A stretch of DNA of 64,000 nt from Camelus ferus (taxonomy: Eukaryota), in contig NC_045697.1 of the NCBI RefSeq assembly GCF_009834535.1, positions 55,864,001-55,928,000 of the forward strand. Direction: 5' to 3'. The notes below the pieces were generated by a model. It had not been told where the DNA came from and ran no database searches. It was given only the letters and a program-made list of their open reading frames with translations. The position numbers were made by a program, and so were the translations under genes. Of the stretch, positions 1 through 11,327 are shown piece by piece. Positions within the stretch are counted from its first letter, which is position 1, and each line of letters starts with the position of its first letter.

Positions 1-519
1 AACTAGAGAGTGAGGTTCTTTTATGAAACAACTATCTTGTTTATTTATTTTGCCCATTACTTGAAACAGTGATTTACCCTAAATAGTGATATTCAGTGAT
101 TACTCAATGATTTCTCAAATTCTCTGATTATTACAGCTAGGCCAATTATGAAGAAAATTATTTTCACAGCTGATTAACTGAGAATTATGAATTGTAAAAC
201 AAGGTTTTCTTCTTTGCTTGTATAAATGGACTCTTAGTTGGACATCCTTTCATTGCATAGTGTCCATTGTAATACTTTAAGTTCATTAATTTGTTTACAT
301 GACTTGCATATATGTCAGTTCCCTACCTTCAGTAATATGGAGTATAATGTTCATGACTACATAGGACAAGGCCCTCTTAAAATGAAAAGGTGCTATATTC
401 TTCCAAATATAGTATAATCACATGCAGGAAAGAGACCACTAACATGTAAAATGGGCAATATCCAGAATAAAAGGTAATATCCAGAAACATATATATTTAT
501 ATATCTATATATGCTTAGT

Positions 520-725
520 CAAATTCCGTGTCTCTCACAAAGCTCTGTGACTTTGAGCACATTAACATTACCTTTCTTTGTCTCAGTTTCCTCAACTATA
601 AAATGGAGTAAGTATTTTACCTAAGTCACTTAGTTACTGTATGGATGGAATTGATTAATTTATGTAAAACAACCTTACAAAACTTCCTCAAAGATATAAA
701 ATACTCATAAATATAAAGTATCATT
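520..725 (+). mobile_element. MIR SINE fragment
   Basis: MIR core ctgtgactttgagc...tctcagtttcctcaactataaaatgg. Confidence 0.8.
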
Positions 726-3059
726 AATTGGCTGGTTCAAATCAACACATTGTGGGCTCTGCTGACCTGAATGATCCTCCTTGGGAAGATCTTTAGTTTT
801 AAATGCATATTTCAGTATTTCAAATGAGAACATTTCATGTTCTTAAATGCCATCTTTACCTTTGTCAAACACCTAAATAAGTACAATAATTTCATATGCT
901 ATATTAAAATACAGTATTATTAATGACTAATTATATACTATTAGTTATATATATATAACTAATAATATTAGTAGTCATAATAGTTACTAACTAGGTAGAT
1001 ATATACCACATTTGAAAGAGTTGAGAGATGGATATAGTTAAGCATAAAAAAAGATATTTCAGTTTTCACACTGGAAAATCTTAAATTGTCTGGATTTTGT
1101 TCTTTCATAACTGAAATTTCCTGAGTTAATAAGAGTACTTCAAAACGATGGCCTAATATCAAATTTGCAATAAAATACGTATTTTATTTGCAATTTAAGA
1201 AAGGCCAAAATAAAAATCTTTCTTATTTGATCAGATTGTTAAGTGCCAAATAATATCTGACATTCTTTAAAGGTTCATACAAACTTTAAATAAGAAAAAT
1301 CCACAAACTTAAACGGTTGCCTAATGTTAACACTATTGATAATAATAGTAATAATAAAAAATATATAATATATAATGTATATAATAATAAAACTAATAAT
1401 AGCATTAATAATAAAACTATTAATATAAAGACATCCTTATTGAATAAAAATTAGCACATTTCTAAAATATGCTTTAAAATATTTCAACTCAACTTGAAAT
1501 TATTAAATTTTATATTGATATTCAAGTTTTGATAACACTGAATACCTGTGCCAAAGAGACAAAGGCCTCCTTCAGCCTGTTAAATTTGTATAAGAAATAA
1601 GATAAAAGCAGTATCTCAAGTCAGATCTCTCCCAAATGCATGCTTTTGGCATGTGAACATAAAAGCAAATGCAAGAAAAAAGAAAAAAGGAAGAACTGAA
1701 CATTTAAGGCTGCTTACTGATAATCACTCTGTTTTAATGTCTTCAAAATAAAAATATACTTGTGCTAAATCTAATTATTCTGCTTTAAAAGAGAGATTAG
1801 AAGAAAAGACAATTTTCCAACTTTTGACAGGATTTATTTTGATTTTATATTTTCCATATAATAGGTGTTTAGTAAATGCTGAGTTTAATAATATGACCTA
1901 ACCATCTTAAAAATTCATTCTGAATCGTGAAGAATCCCCCATTATGAGTGTCATCTTTCTGTATTTTTCTCTTTGAGGAATGCCTAAGTGAATCTTGATA
2001 AGGAAACTGAATCAGGAAGTTGGTTTAAGATTACTGAGGAAAAAAATCTGTGGCATGGCAAATTGGATGGGAGCAAATATAAAGCAATACATTTAACTGA
2101 ACTTGAAGAGCAAAGAGGAAAAGAAACACAGAAAACAAACTTTTAGTAGAAAGAGGTTAAGGATGAGTATTTCAAGTTGGAAAACATAGAGCCAATAAAA
2201 AGACTTACAGAGAATAAAATAACAAAACAGGAGATACATTTTTTGTAAATATACTTTGAATGCTCTAAGAAAAAAAATGGGTGTGAGAACACTGTGGTGA
2301 CAGACATGAAAAGTGAGCAAAAGATAGTGAAGGATAAAACAAAGTTAGAAAAGTCAGGAGGAGATGAAATGGATAGAGTCAGACATTTTCATATGTCAAA
2401 AACTCTTGGCTCTATTAAAAGAAAATTATTATCGTAATTAACATAAAGTATAAACAGACAGAATTTAGTGTAAATCCAAGTATCCAGCTGCAGTACTTAG
2501 GTCAGTATTTATTATTTCTTTTAAAATCCTTTGCTCCAGGATAATATTTAAACAATTAAGGGTGAATTATTTTATGTGTTTATAATTATAAGAAGAGTTG
2601 CACCATTGTACAGTACTCCATAATTAATGGTGATAAGTACACCTAAGGACAGAATTTATCAATTCTTATCCATCTTTTACCACAAATGTGGTTTGTTATG
2701 ATTTTTATTATTAGTTTGTATCTTTAATTTTTAGAATCAATCACTTTTGGAGCACTGAATTGTCATTTTCAGATAAAAATAAAAACTCTTAGTGAAATCA
2801 TCAGAGTTAGACAGCAGATGAAATGACAATATGATAGCTTCTATTTCAGTAAAAATATTTTATATTCCATTTTAATTTATACCTCACAAGGTATTCATGA
2901 GTTTCCCTTAAGCTAGACCAATCATGCACCCAGATTTTTATAACAAAAATGAATTTTTTATGCTATTTATAAAAATTTGTCATTGAAAATTAAAAGATTA
3001 ATTCCATAATAATCTGTGCATTTTTTGAAGATATTTTTGTCAATTTGTTTTTAATACTC

Positions 3060-3170
3060 AGTTTCTTGGTACTAGATTTTTTTCAGGAGGACATTCATTC
3101 TTAAGTAGTTCTTTGTTCAGGAGGAATGCCATCCTCATTCCATCTTTCATCAAGAGAATATCCACCCAAT
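3060..3170 (-). pseudogene. Possible degenerate EGF exon remnant
   Basis: Minus strand reads GGYSLDERW and, in another frame, LKNECPPE; no clean splice sites. Confidence 0.2.
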
Positions 3171-3461
3171 GCTTACATTAAAAACATATATATAAATCTC
3201 CAAATGAGCTATTTAACTCAGAACTGCCCAACTCTAAAATTTATATTTGCCTTTGATAAAGTAATTAGTGCATAAAAGTAAAAGGTTCAAATGTGTCACT
3301 TTTGTCCTATTCAAAAAAGAGTCATTAACCCCAAAACTTTAAAGATAGAGGTACGAGAGAATTAAAGTTGGCTACAACAAGTTTTATTAGATATCAATAG
3401 ATTTCTAACTGAAGCCATTTCTCAAATAATGGCTATGAAAAAAAGAAATCTTTCCTTACAT

Positions 3462-3662
3462 AACCTGGTTATCCTCTCAGTTTCCTTCTCAAAACAATTT
3501 AGTTGTTGACTACATTCACACAGAGTGAAAAACAGATGCTCTAGGCTTGTTGGTTTGCCACCAATGTACTTTTCCAAACATGCTCTGTTAGAATCACTGA
3601 ACAAGTTGTTGCTTGAATATACTTTATATGATTCAACACCCTAAGTTTCTCTCTTAGTGATC
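3462..3662 (-). pseudogene. Possible degenerate EGF exon remnant
   Basis: Minus strand reads ACLEKYIGG and LCVNVVNN* in different frames, ending CCAG|GTTATG or TAT|GTAAGG; weak acceptor. Confidence 0.3.
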
Positions 3663-3715
3663 CTAAAAATCTCTTTTTTTCCTTTTCCCTCCCTGAATCT
3701 TGCACGGCAAAAATT

Positions 3716-3875
3716 CTGGAGTTTAAATTTCATCTCTTCTACTTTCTAGCTGTGTGATCTTCAATAAATTAAGTAGTCAGCTTCAGTTTCCTCATCTGTT
3801 AATTGAGGATAGAAATAGTATATACCTGATATGAATAAATGAGTTAATTCACGTGAACATTTAGAATAGCTCCTA
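3716..3875 (+). mobile_element. MIR SINE fragment
   Basis: tctagctgtgtgatcttc...cttcagtttcctcatctgttaattgagg. Confidence 0.85.
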
Positions 3876-3957
3876 GATTAACCTACTGATTACTTTTGTC
3901 TACAAGGCACAGAGTATTTTACTTTTTAGAACTCTTAAAGAACAAGATAAATGTTAC

Positions 3958-4190
3958 CAGGTCATGAATAGTGTGTAGTAAGCTACACTATCTAGGCCCA
4001 GCCTGGGTTTGAAGACTGGAGAGAATAATCATTTGGAACTGATTCAATGCTGGTTCCACAGATTTGCTACCAAATCACCTATCAAGCAGTTCAAAGAATA
4101 TATTCCAGATAATACCACAGTGAAAGAATTGATGCAAGTCATGGTTCCTCCCTAGTTCTCCAATGGAAGTACTCCCTACCATGCTGAAGT
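3958..4190 (-). pseudogene. Fossil exon with two degenerate EGF-like repeats
   Basis: Minus strand reads PLEN*GGTMTCINSFTVVLSGIYSLNC, then frameshifted CGTSIESVPNDYSLQSSNPGWA*. Compare the EGF consensus PCxNGGTCxDxxNxYxCxCxPGWxGxxC. Donor CTG|GTAACA at 3957. Confidence 0.65.
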
Positions 4191-4628
4191 TGTAGTTTCC
4201 TAAAGACTAAAAGCCAGAAAGTCTATTGAATTGCATGCAGGAAGATTATTTAGAGTGTATCCAGGATCTATACCTAAAATAAAATAAGGGAAACAAGATG
4301 AAGCAGAAGGAGAAGTTGAAATGTGGAGTGTTTCAATAGATAGCTCAGATGATTTCACGGTGAGCTCTGGAATTAAAGTGGCTTACAAAGTTGTCTCAAA
4401 ATGATTTAAGGGGATCAGACTTTGTACCTTCTTCATCAACCAGTCATTGAATATGAATTGCCTCAGGAAGGGGTCATGGAGCTTCATGGAAGAAGCTTCC
4501 TTCTTTTCTATGAAGGAAACTCAGAGATAAATGTGGTACAGCTATGCAGCTGACACCACCAGCAGCTAGAGGAACATGTGCCTCAGTCCTGTAGGAGAGA
4601 TCTAATGGAGCATCTCTGTAGGTCTACA
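4191..4628 (-). mobile_element. ERVL solo LTR, LTR16-like
   Basis: TG...CA termini; gaagttgaaatgtgg...gagctctgga...catcaaccagtcattg...tgcctcagtcctg resemble the remembered LTR16 consensus; highly diverged. Confidence 0.7.
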
Positions 4629-4699
4629 GCCTACAGCAGATTATATTTTATTAGGATGTGTTCAAAACCAGAAGAAAAAATGTATGATCAAGATGCTTA

Positions 4700-5124
4700 T
4701 CATGTTTTGTCTTCTATTTAGGTCTTTAAGCCATTTTGAGTTTATTTTTGTGTGAGGGAGTGTTCTAACTTCACTGATTTACATGCTGCTGTCCAGTTCT
4801 CCCAACATCACTTGCTGAAGACAGTATCTTTTCTCCATTGTATATTCTTGCCTCCTTTGTCGAAGATTAATTGACTCAAGGTCTGAGGGTTTATTTCTGG
4901 GCCCTCTATTCTATTCCATTGATCCAGATGTCTGTTTTTATGCCAATACCATACTATTTTTATTACTGTAGCTCTGCAGTATTGTCTGAAGTCTGGGAGG
5001 GTTATGCCTTCAGCTTTGTTCTTTTTCTTCAGTATTGCTTTGGCAATTCTGGGTCTTTTTGTGATTACATATAAATTTTAGGATTATTTGTTCTTAGTTC
5101 TGTGAAAAATGTCATGGGTAATAT
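4700..5124 (-). mobile_element. Inverted 5' segment of a twin-primed L1 (ORF2 piece)
   Basis: Reverse complement aligns to 58250-58670 of the full-length L1 in this window; preceded by left TSD AAGATGCTTA at 4690-4699. Confidence 0.92.
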
Positions 5125-6065
5125 GACCTAAATAAGCAATTTTCCAATGAAGACATACAAATGGCCAAAAGGCACGTGAAAAACTGCTCAATATTGCTAA
5201 TTATCAGAGAAATGCAAATCAAAACTACAATGAGGTATCACCTCACATCAGTCAGAATGGCTATCATGCAAAAGTCCACAAACAATAAATGCTGGACAGG
5301 GTATGGAGAAAAGGGAACCCTCCTACACTGCTGGCAGGAATGTAGTGTAGTGCAACCATTATGGAAAACGGTATAGAGATTCCTCATAAAACTAAAAATA
5401 GACTTATCATATGATCCAGCAATCCAACTCTGAGGCATATATCTGGAGGGAACTCTAATTCAAAAAGATACATGCACCCCAATGTCCATAGCAGAGCTAT
5501 ATACAGTAGCCGAGACATGGAAGCAACCTAAATGTCCATAGACAGACGACTGCATAAAGAAGTTGTGGTGTATTTATACAATGGAAGGGTACTCAGCCAT
5601 AAAAAAATAATAAGATAATGCCATTTGTAGCAACATGGATAGACCTAGAGATCATCATTCTAACTTAAGTAAGCCAGAAACAAAAAGAAAAATACCATAT
5701 GATATCACTCATATGTAGAATCCAAAAAAAGAAAAAAAAAAAAGAGGACACTAATGAACTTATCTAAAAAACAGACTCGCAGACATAGTAAACAATCTTA
5801 TGGTTACCGGGGGAAAGTGGGTAGGAAGAGATAAATTTGTGAATTTGAGATTTGCAAATGTTAGCCACTACAAATAAAAATAGATTAAAAAAATAAATTT
5901 CTTCTGTATAGCACAGGGAACTATATTCAGTAATGCATAACCATTAATGAAAAAGAATATGAAAATGAATATATGTATGTATATGCATGACAGGGACACT
6001 GTGCTGTACACCAGAAATTGACACATAGCAACTGACTATACTTCAGTTAAAAAGAAATAGAAAAA
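5125..6065 (+). mobile_element. 3' segment of the twin-primed L1 (ORF2 C-terminus with CCHC motif, 3'UTR, A-tail)
   Basis: [18 protein letters not shown] motif, L1 3'UTR, A-rich tail, right TSD AAGATGCTTA at 6066-6075. Confidence 0.95.
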
Positions 6066-6191
6066 AAGATGCTTACAACTAATTTAAGTTAGTGCAGAAA
6101 AAAGTCATTTATATATTCAACAAGGTAGTCAACAAAAAGATGTGAGAGAGTGAAAGGAATATTTTCCATTTTTGACTAGTTTTCCATTTTA

Positions 6192-6410
6192 TCTTTCCCC
6201 TGTAAAAACACTAATTTCCCATCACAACCATGTTAGACTGAAGGTATTTAAACAGGTTTAAGTCAATTTCTACTCTCAGAAAATCACACAGAACTCTAAT
6301 ACAACTGTAACTGATTTCTAAAGAGTTTTTATATGAGTATCTGTGGGCAGAATTTAGCCCATTTTTCTCATCTCTATTATGGTTGAGTTTAAAGTTTACT
6401 GACAACTTCA
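6192..6410 (-). pseudogene. Possible degenerate EGF exon remnant
   Basis: Minus strand reads ISYSCIRVLCDFLRVEID, then frameshifted (KP)CLN...VFTG; splice sites unclear. Confidence 0.3.
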
Positions 6411-7544
6411 GTGAAGAGTGTGATTAAAAACATCTTGTGCATATTTAAGTTGAGTAAATTTTTTTTCTGATCTTTCATGCCTGTGATGCAAAATCACTCC
6501 ACTGGGTTAAACCTAATGCTTGATGGGTGCTATTCAAATATAAAATGTATAGCTTTAATAAAAACTTCTTAGGCATAAAAATTCTACTGAAACAGTCCAA
6601 GAAGGATAGAGTGTTTAGAAATGACTGGGAGAGCATGTAAAGGAGTAAACTGCACTATAATATTTAAGTTCATTCACTTTGATTTCAGTATTTAGTTTAT
6701 ATATGTCACTTTAACAGACAAAGAAGAATTGATAAATGAAACTTCATGGGGTAGAAATAAATATAGTATACCATTTATTAATTTTTGTCTGAGGTTAAAG
6801 ATGAATTCTTTTTTGTTTTTCTTTAAATGGTGGTTTGACCATCACATCCTCATATGAATTATGGAAACCTGGAGTAAGTTCAGAGTAAGATATTAAACGT
6901 GTAATCTGAAATACTCATAAAAACAATTTAATTTTTAAAACTGAAATGGAAATTCTAAGGTGACAGGTCAAAATTAAAGTGATATCCATTGGCTTTAAGT
7001 GAAATACGCAGCCTGGAGTACTCTAAATGTTGTAGTGAATACTAAAATAAGCAGGAAGAATGAAATCTTTAAGATGACCCTTACAGTCAGCATAAGGAAC
7101 TAATATTACTTAAGTACTTAGCACCAGACAGTTTGTTAGGTGACCACACAGATTCATTTCCAAGTGACCAAACAGACTGAAAAAACTTTGAAAAAACTTT
7201 GATGAAAGAATGAACCCATTTTTTTTTTTTTTTTTGGCCACTTCTGTATATTGGATAGACCTTTTAAGGAGCTTAAGATTTTCCAGAGAACTGAATTTTG
7301 GGTAATAAATAGTTATCATTTAAAAATACATTAATTATATAATTAAGAAGTCTTAGTAACAAAAATATTATTAGTGTTTACTTATTAGTGACCTCAAGAA
7401 TACCTACAAGTCGAATTGCAGATAAATAAGAGCTTTTAAGAGTTTGTCATTAAAATTTCCCAAAGATATTCTTCCCCTTAATATTTTCACTAATAGTTTA
7501 TTACCTGCAGGTACCAACAACATACTGGGTACATCCTCAACTTT

Positions 7545-7690
7545 TATTTCCTTTAATTCTTACAAACCAGAGTATGGATTATCTCAATTATTTTATAGAT
7601 AACGAATATTTAATTAGATTAAATAATGAACCCCAAATCATACAGCAAATTCAACCTGTAAGTCTTTGAGTCTGCCATGTTCTTTCCTGT
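7545..7690 (-). mobile_element. MIR SINE fragment
   Basis: tttaattcttacaaacc...attttatagataacgaa...ccccaaatcatacagc. Confidence 0.6.
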
Positions 7691-7909
7691 ACATGAAGTA
7701 ATTCAATGTCTTGGTAAAATTTGGAAGGGCCACTATATAGGATCATTTGTCTAGAAGTTATTATTTTTATCTTCCAAAGCCTCAGAAATATAAATTAAGC
7801 ATGCTGTCTTATTAAAGCATAACTGAGGAGACTCCACTGTTGAATTCTATAAAAAAATTCCATAAGGACTTTCTATACAGCAACTATTTATCCAGCCTCA
7901 ATCCATTTA

Positions 7910-8105
7910 CTCTAATAATAACAAGGAAGCCTACTAAACGTCTGCTAAATGCTGGGCAATGTGTCAAATATTTCATGTTCACTACTCTATATTCTTGTAA
8001 CTCTGAAAAAAAAGTATCTTTTACATTTGAAAAAGTCAGGCTCAAAAGTTTGAATAACTTGCCCATTGTAGCACAGTTATCTATAGAGCTGGCGTTTGAA
8101 TCTAT
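7910..8105 (-). mobile_element. MIR SINE fragment
   Basis: aggctcaaaagtttgaataacttgccca...agagctggcgtttgaatc. Confidence 0.8.
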
Positions 8106-8516
8106 AAATTACATACAGACCTATTAATATCACAAAGATATATATTTAAAAGTAATGTGATGGTTTGAACTAGGATGATGAAAGGGAAAGCCCAGGGGAG
8201 AAGCTGAGAGAAAGGAGGCAGGTCTGGATTCACAGTGAAATGAGGGTGGGGAAGGACAGAAACTCTTATGAGCTCTTTTAAGCAATCTGAGAAATTTTCA
8301 AACCTTGCTCTGTGGCCCCGTGGCCAGTATCCATTTGGAAGTTACAAGAGCGGGATATCAAAGCTTCTTACAGATGCTGTGAGTAGTAATTAGATAACGT
8401 TAGTGATGTACACTGAGCTCCTTAGAGAAAGGTTTCAGAATGCAATGTATTAAAAACACGTGCACTGAGGCTCATTTGGTCCCTAACACGATTGATGGGA
8501 ATACAGAATATCTCAC

Positions 8517-8659
8517 ATTTGCAAAGGAAGGATAGTAGAGGGTACAAGAAAAATGGAGTCAAATACAGAGAGCATTTTCTCTTATGGACAGTCTGTATAT
8601 CTGCAGCCAGACCCAGAAATTGCAGAGATAAACTCCAGAAAAAAAAAAAAAATCAGTTC
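8517..8659 (-). pseudogene. Fossil EGF exon
   Basis: Acceptor gtttacag|G, donor AAT|GTGAGA; reads ...ENALCI*LHFSCTLYYPSFA (cf. CxNxxxCxDLxxSYxCxCxPGFxG). Confidence 0.45.
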
Positions 8660-8753
8660 CTGTAAACTAATCAGCTAACAGGATTAAGAGGAGAGGACCT
8701 AAAATACAGTATACAGGAAGTGAAGGATAAAGAAACTGAAACCAAAGACTTGC

Positions 8754-8814
8754 CAGCTGATGGGAATGTGAGCCTTCCAAATCAGTGAGTTTAGAGTTTG
8801 GTTCACAGTTGTGC
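8754..8814 (-). pseudogene. Fossil EGF exon (61 nt)
   Basis: Acceptor tccttctcctag|G, donor CTG|GCAAGT (GC-type or mutated GT); reads HNCEPNSKLTDLEGSH. Confidence 0.4.
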
Positions 8815-9219
8815 CTAGGAGAAGGATTTCTTTCTGGCTTTCACCTACTTTTGAAGTGAAAGGATTCTTAAACTAACAGATTCAGGGAAAGTGGGACTAG
8901 GTAAGGGGGAATGTGTGCTGTTTATTTTCAGATTTGAGGCAGTCAACATTTTCAGGAAGAGAAACGTCTTCAAATTACACAGGTTGGAAAAATATGTACA
9001 AGACACTTGCTTCAAAATGGATGATGAGAGTTTTATGCCTAAACTGCCTAAAACTACTATTGTGCGTACGTATATACATACCTATAGATATGTGTTTAAA
9101 TATATATATGTGTGTGCATATATATATGTATGAACATGTGTGATAGCTTGCTACTGAAATAAATCAGGTCCATAATACTATCCTGTTCCTCATATAATTA
9201 TTATTGGTTGTATATGGAC

Positions 9220-9405
9220 TAGGGGTGCCAGATTTAACAAATAAGAATATGAGGCAACCACTTATATTTGAATTTCTGATATACAACTATTTTTTGGTAC
9301 AAGTATGTCTCAAATATTGCATAAGGCATACTTATAGTAAGACATTATTTGTTGTCCACCTGAAATTTAAATTTAACTGGCATTCTGAATTATCTGACAC
9401 TCCAA
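9220..9405. mobile_element. MER53 palindromic hAT MITE
   Basis: aggggtgccagatttaacaaataa...tttgaatttctgata...aagtatgtctc|aggcatactta...ctgaaatttaaatttaactgg...tatctgacactcc; near-palindrome matching the remembered MER53 consensus. Confidence 0.9.
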
Positions 9406-9808
9406 GATAGACAATTGGCACAAACATTGGTAAGGAGTACTTCTCATTGTCCACAAATACTCAAAAAGAAAGAAACAGAAACTTCAGGGGGAAAAAAAGA
9501 TGCTTTATTTATTTGTAATTGACATAAACACTCCTTAAAAAGCAGAGATACCAAAAAGACCTTTTTTTTTTTTCCCAATTAAATTGTTAACTGAAATTAG
9601 TTCAGATCCTCAGGTATTACACCTGACAACTAATTATGAATATTTCTCAGTGACTGAACACAGGTTCCCCTTTAAAAACTAACGATTCCCCAAAGTTCTG
9701 TGTAGCTCAATACCACACTGAATAAACACTAAACCACAAATCACATATAACTCATAGTATAGTGCTTATATTTTTCCTTATATGGTAAAAACATTAACTG
9801 GCACTTAT

Positions 9809-10041
9809 GCTGTGTCTGTGTTAGAGGTTTAATCATGTCAGGACCTATGTGGAAAACTCGTGCGAAAGGCCTTTTAGACGTGGTTTGAACGCATACAGAA
9901 GCACTAGGGAAATGAGATAAAGCTTTGTGCCTTTGGAGATGCAGATACAACTGAGTACACACTGGGATCTGTATTTGTGGATTGGTCTAACTCTGTTTAA
10001 TTTACAGGGGTGCTATGAAACCTCCTTCAAGAGGATTCTTC
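9809..10041 (-). pseudogene. Fossil EGF exon
   Basis: Acceptor ccttttttcttatgctcctag|G; phase-1 frame reads VS*HPCKLN...QCVLSCICISKG...YAFKPRLKG; probable mutated donor ATAAGT at 9803-9808. Confidence 0.5.
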
Positions 10042-10299
10042 CTAGGAGCATAAGAAAAAAGGTGTGACAAGTGAAATCCAACAAGGTAGCAAGAGATTTT
10101 TTAGCAATGCTTGCTGGCTGTTACCTTGTGCAAAGTGACCTGAGCCATTTCCAACAGTGAGGATTATTAGAATTCTTGCTGAAAAATACTGTTAACCTTG
10201 AACACTAAGAAGTAAGTAAAGACCATATATGTACTCTCTATATTTCCTCAGTCCCTCCCCTTCTCCAATTATGTGGAAAGGAACAAAGTCACGGAAGTG

Positions 10300-10518
10300 A
10301 ATTCTGCTACACATAAGAACAGGCACAGAAAGAGCCAAACAACTTGTTCTGTAATCTAAACTCTCTGTCCTTTTAGGTATTTTGAGTGTGCCTAGAATAA
10401 AAGTTTTGCTAGAAGCAGATATATTAACATTCTCCAAGCACAATACACCTGAATTTAGAGCCAGAGTCAGGCAGCAGCATTCACCAACAAGCATTCGTAC
10501 ACAGAACTGGACTGAATC
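10300..10518 (-). pseudogene. Fossil EGF exon resembling the third EGF of EYS
   Basis: Acceptor tctcttaaattag|GA. Spliced to the previous exon it gives PPG|FSPVLCT, then LVGEC...GVLCLENVNISASSKTFI and later LFGSFCA. Human EYS (recalled): PPFTGKNCSEIIGQC...GNCSNITSNSFIC...FSGPFCE. The 3' end is uncertain. Confidence 0.6.
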
Positions 10519-11032
10519 CTAATTTAAGAGACTCATTCCAAAGAACTTCAGCCATCTACTTTCCATGCAAAGGACAATAATTACAGCCAATTTATACATT
10601 TCAAATACCCATCTTTAAAGCTACAAAAATAATTTGTAACATCCATTATGCTAATTAGTAAAACTGCTTGGTCAGAGATAAAGATCAGTGAAGCTCCTTT
10701 GTAGCTCCTTCTGAAATGTGAGTTCCTGCCTAGTTTAAGGTAGTTCAAATTGTTAACCAATTACTAAAAATAGATAGATGAAAAATATGTGACACGCATA
10801 TTCTACCCAAGTACTTTAAAGCAAGTTGCAGTTATTACAACAGCCCTAGACACTAAAGGGGGCAAACCACACAGCCTGAAAAGCAAGCCAGTAGCAACAT
10901 GAGAAGGACCATTTACTGACTTTTTCAGACCAGTGCTCAGAGTCTCCATTTTGTAGATCTTGGAAGAAAACTATTCTACACAGAAGAGCAGAATAATGTT
11001 CTTTAATATAATAATGACAGGATCCTTTATAC

Positions 11033-11327
11033 CTGGTGGAGCAGTACTGAGTGGAGGCAGCACTTGAGGGTCATGGGTACAGCACAGCAGAGCACTGTTC
11101 CTGCTGGGATGATCAACACAGGTATCATGGGGATGCATACATAATATCCCTTCAGATCTCCAATATGGAGGGAGTCTTTTGAATTAACAAGCATAAGAAA
11201 TAAATCAGTCAAAGATGGGTCCTGTTGTTGATGTGACTTCTTTTACAGCCATAAGCAGCTTGAAAATTCTAATTACCCTTACAAACAACTTTTGACCTGC
11301 CAGTAATTTGCTGATTATTTGTAGACT
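11033..11327 (-). pseudogene. Fossil exon (295 nt) with two degenerate EGF-like repeats
   Basis: Acceptor gtttttttctgttcag|A, donor CAG|GTATAA. Reads FQAAYGCKRSHINNRT, then FISYAC*FKRLPPYWRSEGILCMHPHDTCVDHPSRNSALLCC...PP-G, ending in phase 1 within Gly. Confidence 0.65.

Noticed and set aside
220..1585. Further EGF-like scraps on the minus strand (SCKQINE near 280-305; 31-nt AG/GT-bounded segment near 1547-1577)
   Set aside because: Too short and degenerate to separate from chance without an outgroup alignment.
3985..4025. Plus-strand SYTI*AQPGFE as an inverted EGF exon
   Set aside because: Shadow of the near-palindromic cccagcctggg; the minus strand gives the longer, colinear EGF match.
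7120..7170. Short minus-strand segment with a strong acceptor (SVWSLGNESVWSP)
   Set aside because: No intact donor and no retained cysteines; insufficient support.
11027..11212. Hydrophobic ORF MTDLFLML...CCAVPMTLKCC as a transmembrane or env-like tail
   Set aside because: It is an alternative frame of the exon whose other frame gives EGF motifs and a phase-consistent PPG splice; no other env features nearby.
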